A stretch of DNA of 64,000 nt, taken from NCBI GenBank assembly GCA_048938105.1, contig JBHLMN010000002.1, forward strand, positions 320,001 to 384,000, read 5' to 3'. A model generated the notes under the pieces. The model searched no databases. It was not told the DNA's origin and saw only the letters and a list, made by a program, of their open reading frames with translations. Positions within the stretch are counted from its first letter, which is position 1. Each line of letters opens with the position of its first letter. Position numbers and translations under genes: made by a program. Positions 57,762 through 64,000 of the stretch are shown here, piece after piece. The DNA is from Promethearchaeota archaeon. GTDB taxonomy: Archaea > Asgardarchaeota > Heimdallarchaeia > Hodarchaeales > Hodarchaeaceae.

Positions 57762-58589
57762 AAAAATTGGTTCTGCGATTTCAAAAAGGCATTCTTCAAC
57801 TGTTTTATTAATATCTGGATGTAATTTGACTTTACCTGAATAAACTGCATAAATAGCAGGAAAAACAACATCTGGAGTTGTTGGTCTATTTTTCAGGAGT
57901 TGAGTAAGCTGAATTGCGGCCCTTACACTTGCTCCTGCTTCGAAATTCGTGGATGATCGTGTTTGATCAGTAAAAAGGACAATTTTCGCTATGAGATCGT
58001 CATCAGTGTATTTTGTCCTTAGTTGAACGATCCTTTTTGCTTCATCCCCAGATTTGTGTTCTAAGCGAATTAAAATACATCTGTCAAAAAATGCTTCTGG
58101 TAATGGATTGGTTCCTATATATTCAGCAGGATTTCTAGCGAAAATTGAGTAAAATTCATCTTTTGCTTGAATTTGTCCAAGCTGGGGAATTTCAATTTTA
58201 CGTTCATCCAAGGCTGCTAGAACTCCATTTATAGATTCACTCGGAGCACGATTAACTTCATTAAAGAAAAATAATCCTCCTTTTTGCATAGCATTTACCA
58301 ATGGACCAGGGATGAAACTTTCTTCGCCAAAACCTGTTTTCATGACCAAAGGTGGATCAAACCATCCCCTGAGATGAGTGATTGTGAGGTTCTCGTCACC
58401 ATCAACTCGATAAAAAGGTTGTCCGAGAGCCATTGCAATTGTTTTTACTAATTCAGTCTTACCAACACCCGACTCTCCCTCAATAACAGTAGCAATTTGG
58501 CTATTAATTGCAGCAAGGATTAGCTGAATTTCTTCGTCGAGACCGATTAGATTCTCCTGACATTTTCTAAGAATAACTTTGGAATTCAT
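57744..58589 (-). CDS. MoxR-family AAA+ ATPase (CoxD/GvpN-like)
   Basis: Walker A GESGVGKT, FIPGPLV.AM, Walker B region FFNEVNRA, NP.EYIGT.PLPEAFFDR, ASVRAAI. Confidence 0.92.
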   Translation of the reverse strand: MNSKVILRKCQENLIGLDEEIQLILAAINSQIATVIEGESGVGKTELVKTIAMALGQPFYRVDGDENLTITHLRGWFDPPLVMKTGFGEESFIPGPLVNAMQKGGLFFFNEVNRAPSESINGVLAALDERKIEIPQLGQIQAKDEFYSIFARNPAEYIGTNPLPEAFFDRCILIRLEHKSGDEAKRIVQLRTKYTDDDLIAKIVLFTDQTRSSTNFEAGASVRAAIQLTQLLKNRPTTPDVVFPAIYAVYSGKVKLHPDINKTVEECLFEIAEPIFSPKKS

Positions 58590-58622
58590 TTTATAATCCC
58601 AAATAGAAGAATGGACTGTTTG

Positions 58623-60575
58623 TTAGTCAAGTTCTAGGATTGCTTTTTTCAGTTTAACCTGACCATCTTCTTCATTGAAGCTAACCCACCCTTCCGATTC
58701 AAGCTCCTTTAATAAGCGTGTTGCAAAGATATTTTGAATAGCAACAGTTTTGGCAAGCTCTGTTAAATTTGCCTCTTGAATGTCCTGTAAAACAAATAAT
58801 ATGGCAAATTTAGGGTTTTTTGCAAGATTAATTCTTAATGTTTCGACTGCGGTCTTTAAATTAGCTGATTTTTCTTCCAGTTGTTGTTTTTCGGCAGATA
58901 GAGTTGAGATTGCAGATTCTTTTTCTTTTAATTCAGCTTTAATCTCTTTTAACTTCTTCTCGCTTTGTTCCCTCTCTATTTTTACGTCAATAAGCTGTGT
59001 TTGAAGATCTTTTATCTTGTTTTCATATTTATCGCGTTCACGTGCGATCTCAGCTTGTTTGGAACGAGAAGCATCGGCTTGTTGCGCAATTTCTTTTTGT
59101 CTTTGTCTTAAAATTTCCAAATCTTTTTGTTTCCCTTCTAACTCGCGGTCTTTTGTACTGAGTTGAGTTTTAAGGTCTACTAGCGATGTCTTTTGCTTTT
59201 CATGCTCAATTCTTAAATTTGTAAGAGCCTCTCGTAGTTCATTTCGATCAAATTCAATTGTTTGGATACGTTCGTCTTTTCCTTTTAGATCTATTTCTAA
59301 ATCTTTAAGTCGAGCCTCTAATGATCGGTTAGAGCTTTGAAGGTCGTCAATGAGGTCTTGAGCACTGTCTAGTCTTTCTTGGATCTCCTCTACTTCTGAT
59401 GTTTTTTCGCCCAAATCATGTTTTTGAGTAGTAATTTCTAAGGTTAGCATTTCAAAATTTTGTTTTACTTGTTTATATTCCTCTTTTAGCCTAATTAGCT
59501 GTTCTGAAAGTTTTTCAACTTCTTTCTCACTCATCTCTACCCTAAGATGTAGTTCTCTATTCTCATCTTCTTTCTGATCAAGAATTTGTCGTGTTTCTTC
59601 CAATTTACTACGAATAGCCACTGCTTCTTGACTTGTTTCGCCTGAATCTAGTAATAAATCTTCATTTTCTTGTTCCAACTTTGAAATCTGTTCTTTAAGC
59701 TGTTTTTCGTTTTCCTCTATAACCTGTATCTTTTGGTCTACTTGTTTGATATAATCTTCTTTTGACTGGAGTTTTTGATTCAACATTGCCTCTTGTTTCT
59801 GAATTTCATTTTGAAGAGTTTCAACTGCTTTTTTTAGTTTTACATTCTCCTCGGAATGAGTGCTTAGTACTTTAACCTCTGATTTCAAGTTTTCAATTTC
59901 AATATTGTTTTTAGAAGTTATATTCTCAATTTCTTGATCTTTATTCCCAATAACCTCTTGGAGTTGCTCTATTTCGAGTCGTGCGGACATTAATGCATTA
60001 CCAACAGTTTCAAATTCACTTTCCATCTTTTCACGGTCTTGAATAGCCTTTTTCAATTCACGTTGAGCTTCATCAAGCGATTCTTGGAGTCTGTTCAAAT
60101 CTTCGATTTGTGATGAAACCTTTCCTGAGTCAATTCCAGATTGGTTTCTCAATTGAGCAATTTCTGTTTCCTTTTCATCAAGTAGAATATGAAGATCGTC
60201 AATTTTCATTTCTAAGGCATTAATTTCTGATATTTTCTCTTTCAACTCCTGATTTTCTTCCTTGAGTCTTTCAAATTCCTCATTAGAGATAAATGTGGTC
60301 TCTGAATCAATATCGGAGCCAACTAAATCTAGATTGTCTATTCCTCTCAATCCTATTTTCGAAAATTCCGTGTGGGCTGATTTGTTAATTGATTGCATAT
60401 GCATTTTGAGCTTTTCAACCAGATCCTCTACATCTCCAATTGAATAATAAGACTTGGGCTGTTGTTGTAGATTTTTAATTACAGATTTAGCTTCGGATGA
60501 TATCCTTTGATCTAGGCGTCGTTCTTGTTCTGCAATACTTTTAATAAAGAGCAATTTGGGATTTTTGCGTTCCAA
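58623..60575 (-). CDS. Long coiled-coil protein with C-terminal winged-helix domain
   Basis: About 480 aa of E/K/Q/L heptads, then KFAILFVL...NLTELAKTV...ATRLLKELESEGWV; no Walker motifs. Confidence 0.82.
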   Translation of the reverse strand: MERKNPKLLFIKSIAEQERRLDQRISSEAKSVIKNLQQQPKSYYSIGDVEDLVEKLKMHMQSINKSAHTEFSKIGLRGIDNLDLVGSDIDSETTFISNEEFERLKEENQELKEKISEINALEMKIDDLHILLDEKETEIAQLRNQSGIDSGKVSSQIEDLNRLQESLDEAQRELKKAIQDREKMESEFETVGNALMSARLEIEQLQEVIGNKDQEIENITSKNNIEIENLKSEVKVLSTHSEENVKLKKAVETLQNEIQKQEAMLNQKLQSKEDYIKQVDQKIQVIEENEKQLKEQISKLEQENEDLLLDSGETSQEAVAIRSKLEETRQILDQKEDENRELHLRVEMSEKEVEKLSEQLIRLKEEYKQVKQNFEMLTLEITTQKHDLGEKTSEVEEIQERLDSAQDLIDDLQSSNRSLEARLKDLEIDLKGKDERIQTIEFDRNELREALTNLRIEHEKQKTSLVDLKTQLSTKDRELEGKQKDLEILRQRQKEIAQQADASRSKQAEIARERDKYENKIKDLQTQLIDVKIEREQSEKKLKEIKAELKEKESAISTLSAEKQQLEEKSANLKTAVETLRINLAKNPKFAILFVLQDIQEANLTELAKTVAIQNIFATRLLKELESEGWVSFNEEDGQVKLKKAILELD

Positions 60576-60701
60576 AATTCAATACCTTCTTTAATAATCA
60601 GAAGAGTTCCAAATAATTTGCAATAATATATCTTTTGGCTGATTTCAACTATTATATAGTCAGTAGAATTCTTGAAGTAAATTCTGAATTGAATTTAGTA
60701 A

Positions 60702-61307
60702 TTATTCAACGTCTGTTTCTGTATCTTCATCAGTTTTTGAGGGTGTCAAATTCTCCTTCAATGATTTTAGCTCTTGTTCAAAATCTCTGTAACGACCTTG
60801 ATATAAATTGGCTAATGCTAAATCTAAGTGTGAAGTCTTACTCTCAGGTTCATAACCGAGAATGCTTAGTAGTTTAAAATTGATTTGCTGAAAGTCTTTT
60901 AATAAATGTGGGAGGCGTTCTAAGTCCTTATTAACAGCATCAAACATCTTTAAGGCACTTATTTCACAGGTAGTGAGATTCTGAGTAAAAGATTCAACTT
61001 GAGGTTGAAGAACCACTCTTAATCGATAACGAATCTCATCTTTACTAATTGTAGTTTCTTGTGCTAGTATCTCCGCCCATTCAAGAATGGTCTCAAAATT
61101 CCTTAATCCATTCTTCTCTAGTTTTATCCAGTTTAAAACTGTCTCCAATGCATCTTCAACAGTAGCTAGCTGTTTATACAGCTCATCACGATTATGTAAA
61201 GATTGATTCTTAAGCAGATCCAATGATTGGTGTAAATCTGCTAAATAATCTTGATAAATTTTTTCTTTTTGCTCATCTGGGGCAGTCATTTTCATCTCTT
61301 CTCTCAT
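60702..61307 (-). CDS. Hypothetical all-helical protein
   Basis: 201-aa ORF co-oriented between hypF and the coiled-coil gene. Confidence 0.7.
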   Translation of the reverse strand: MREEMKMTAPDEQKEKIYQDYLADLHQSLDLLKNQSLHNRDELYKQLATVEDALETVLNWIKLEKNGLRNFETILEWAEILAQETTISKDEIRYRLRVVLQPQVESFTQNLTTCEISALKMFDAVNKDLERLPHLLKDFQQINFKLLSILGYEPESKTSHLDLALANLYQGRYRDFEQELKSLKENLTPSKTDEDTETDVE

Positions 61308-61441
61308 AGGATGGTTAAGAAGTGGGATAGAGGGAAGTTATTCTTTTCTAGAGTTAATACAGAGCTAGTAGTTTTAAAGGTATTCGTAAAGGGCCACCTC
61401 AAAACAAAAAAATTTTGTCAAATCAAGAAATTGATTTCCTC

Positions 61442-63826
61442 CTAGAGAATTTTAGCCAAGATCAGTGGAACCTGACCTATTGCAACTCCTCCATCACCAC
61501 AGGGTATCTTTTTATGCATAATCGAGAAATTAGAATTACCATATTTGGAAATATACTTGTAAAATTCAGTAAAAATCACACGATTATAACAAACTCCTCC
61601 TGACATCCCAATTTTCGTAATCCCATGTTTATCAGCAAGATCCAAGGCAACCTCCGCAAACTTTCTAGCAATGGCTTTTTCTGCTAACAATGCCAATTTA
61701 TTACGATTTTCTTTTCGTTGGATTCGCTCCCACAGGTTGTAAATGAGGGATGAGGTTTGAATTTCAACAACGCCATTTGTTGTGAGCTTTTCAGTTAATT
61801 CAAACTCGAAATCAATTGGTTTTCCTATTGCTTTTTCAGCAAAGGATTCTAGTTTAATTGCAGGTTCCCCTTCATAAGTTCGGTTCTTTGCTGCACCTAA
61901 GAGAACACTGACGGCATCTAGTAGCCGTCCGCAGCTCGATGTCATATTAACACCAGCAGAAGATTTATGAATTAAGATTTTTTCTAGCTGTTGAGCTACA
62001 ATAGAATAATCAAATGATTTGGGGATCCATGATAACCAGGGGTTCTTTTGAAATCCTTTAGTTACTTCTTGAAACGAATAATTCGAAAGAAGAATACCTA
62101 GAAGAACTCTATATGGATGGGACACAGCTTGGTCTCCACCTAGAAGAATTTGGTTTTCTAAGTGGGCTATCCGCTCATATTCCGAATAATTACCTAATAG
62201 TATTTCTCCTCCCCAAATTCTACCATCTTCACCATACCCAGTTCCGTCTATAGCTGCACAAATTATCTTTTCTTCAGGATCGATTTTAGCATCTAAGGCC
62301 AAAGCACCTAAATGCGCAAAATGGTGTTGAAATTGGTAAAAAGGGATATTTAGTTCCGATGAGAGTTGTTGGCCTAATTTTGAAGTAAAGAATTGCGGAT
62401 GAAGGTCACCACCAATGGCCTCAAGTGATTTAACCCCTAATAATTCTTTCATATGGTCTATAGTCGCTTTAAAAAAGTCTAGGTTTTCGATTGTGGTCAT
62501 ATGACCAATGTGTTGGGTTGGAAAACACCGAATCCCAATTCCTAAAACTCCTACATTATACATCTCTGCTCCGAGTGCAAGAACTATACGACCATTAGAA
62601 GACCATGGTAATTGGATAGGTTCAGGAACATAACCCCTGCTTCTCCGTATAAGCAATGGGTGTTCTGATTCGTTAAACATATGAAGTCGCATAATACTGT
62701 CATCAGCTCGTTGATATATCTCCCTATCATGTAAAAGAAGATAATCTGCAACTGATGCAAGCTGATGTTGAATATTATCATTATCTATTAGGATTGGGAT
62801 GTTACTAGGATTACCTGAAGTCATGATGAGAGCAGGATCGATAATATTTTCCAAAATTAAAAAGTGAATACCTGCATATGGTAATAAAACACCAATGTTA
62901 TGTAAACCAGGTGAAATGAAAGACGAAAGAGGGAATTCCTGTTTCTTTTCAAGTAGTAGAATGGGACGCATGAGAGATTGAAGTAATTTTGCCTCAGTAG
63001 GGGTATAATCGGCAAAACTCTGTACTCTATATAGATCAGGTGACATAACAGCAAAAGGTTTATCCCCACGTGCGCCTTTCCACCTCCTCAATTTTAGAAT
63101 AGGATCGTCCATTGTAGTATAACTAGCAAGATGGGTACCACCTATCCCCTTTATTGCAAGAATTTTCCCTTCATCTAATATTTTAACAACATCAAGCCAA
63201 TCGTTTCGAAATTCATCTTTATTTAAGACAATGTCACCAGATTTGTCTGCTAGATAATACTTTGGCCCGCAATTCCAACAACAAGTCGTTTGAGCGTGAA
63301 ATCTTCGGTCGATAGGATTAGTATATTCATCTAAGCATTCGGGACATAATGGAAATTTATCCATAACTGTTCGTGATCTATCATAAGGAAGTGAAGTAAT
63401 AACTGTGTAACGAGGCCCACAATCGACACAAGAAGTAAATGGGTAATTTATACGTCGAGAATCAAATTTCATATCAGAGAGGCACTTATTACAAATAGGA
63501 AGATCAGGAGGGATGTAAGAACCCTCAACACTGCGTGTTAGTGAGCTGGGAGCGATTTGAAATGAATCATATTGAGCAAGGTTTACGTTTGGAGGATTAT
63601 AAGCGATTTTGAAGGTTTCATAACGCGCAAGAGCTGGTTTATGATTTTTCAGAGTTTTAATAAAAGCTTCAATTTGTTTTTTATTCCCTTTGACTTGAAT
63701 TTCAACACCAGCGTCCCCTCGATTTTGTACAAAGCCCTTCATTTCATGTTTATGTGCAATATTATAAACGAATGGACGAAAACCAATTCCTTGAACCACA
63801 CCATTAATCATTATTCGGCAGAACAC
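61442..63826 (-). CDS. hypF: Hydrogenase maturation carbamoyltransferase HypF
   Basis: GVVQGIGFRPFVY acylphosphatase domain, two CxxC zinc fingers, KGIGG, HHFAH, DGTGYG, GDGGVAIGQ. Confidence 0.97.
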   Translation of the reverse strand: MFCRIMINGVVQGIGFRPFVYNIAHKHEMKGFVQNRGDAGVEIQVKGNKKQIEAFIKTLKNHKPALARYETFKIAYNPPNVNLAQYDSFQIAPSSLTRSVEGSYIPPDLPICNKCLSDMKFDSRRINYPFTSCVDCGPRYTVITSLPYDRSRTVMDKFPLCPECLDEYTNPIDRRFHAQTTCCWNCGPKYYLADKSGDIVLNKDEFRNDWLDVVKILDEGKILAIKGIGGTHLASYTTMDDPILKLRRWKGARGDKPFAVMSPDLYRVQSFADYTPTEAKLLQSLMRPILLLEKKQEFPLSSFISPGLHNIGVLLPYAGIHFLILENIIDPALIMTSGNPSNIPILIDNDNIQHQLASVADYLLLHDREIYQRADDSIMRLHMFNESEHPLLIRRSRGYVPEPIQLPWSSNGRIVLALGAEMYNVGVLGIGIRCFPTQHIGHMTTIENLDFFKATIDHMKELLGVKSLEAIGGDLHPQFFTSKLGQQLSSELNIPFYQFQHHFAHLGALALDAKIDPEEKIICAAIDGTGYGEDGRIWGGEILLGNYSEYERIAHLENQILLGGDQAVSHPYRVLLGILLSNYSFQEVTKGFQKNPWLSWIPKSFDYSIVAQQLEKILIHKSSAGVNMTSSCGRLLDAVSVLLGAAKNRTYEGEPAIKLESFAEKAIGKPIDFEFELTEKLTTNGVVEIQTSSLIYNLWERIQRKENRNKLALLAEKAIARKFAEVALDLADKHGITKIGMSGGVCYNRVIFTEFYKYISKYGNSNFSIMHKKIPCGDGGVAIGQVPLILAKIL

Positions 63827-64000
63827 TGATTTCCCACTTGTATCAGCGAAATTAATACCTATTCTTATGTTTAACTGACTTAATTTCTATATAGGAAGGA
63901 TATCTCATAATGCAGGAGGAAAGAAACATAAAGAATGTAAATTCTCTCTTTCTTCCTTTTATAAGAAATAATACATGGATATAGGGAAGATGATTATAAC

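Noticed and set aside
58623-60575. SMC/Rad50 call for the long coiled-coil protein
   Set aside because: No Walker A/B, signature motif, hinge or zinc hook.
279-63829. Numerous 60-150 aa ORFs nested antisense or out of frame within long genes (e.g. 3399..3674, 43084..43383, 53185..53628, 53965..54309)
   Set aside because: Fully overlap confidently assigned genes and show no motifs; treated as spurious.

Overview
AT-rich, gene-dense archaeal chromosomal window, most likely from an Asgard archaeon (Heimdallarchaeia/Hodarchaeales-like). The lineage is inferred from an archaeal-type Taw1/TYW1, a DRG GTPase, a COG1340-type coiled-coil protein, (A)GGTGA Shine-Dalgarno sites, and WD40, LRR and longin-like proteins. 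About 55 CDS, mostly housekeeping, metabolism and transport (pyrG, taw1, folD with split FTCD, hypF, corA, MscS, P2A ATPase, GH57, non-pyrrolysine MttB family). No rRNA, tRNA, CRISPR array or transposase was recognised. Highlights: (1) a candidate programmed -1 ribosomal frameshift joining a MoxR AAA+ ATPase gene to a vWA reading frame that stays open well upstream of its first possible start, with overlapping slippery heptamers, a 5-nt spacer and a GC-rich hairpin; it would yield both the ATPase and a ~622-aa AAA-vWA fusion, and lies downstream of a long coiled-coil/winged-helix gene; (2) a translationally coupled bacterial-type fakA-fakB(degV)-plsY operon in an archaeon, with a divergent PlsY active site; (3) a response regulator whose output domain resembles a longin/uDENN module; (4) smaller oddities including tandem PUR-like-domain genes, an EF-hand-like loop in an M48 protease next to the Ca2+ pump, convergent paralogous E/K-helix genes and a nitrilase pseudogene. 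All family calls come from motif recognition by eye; no database search was run.
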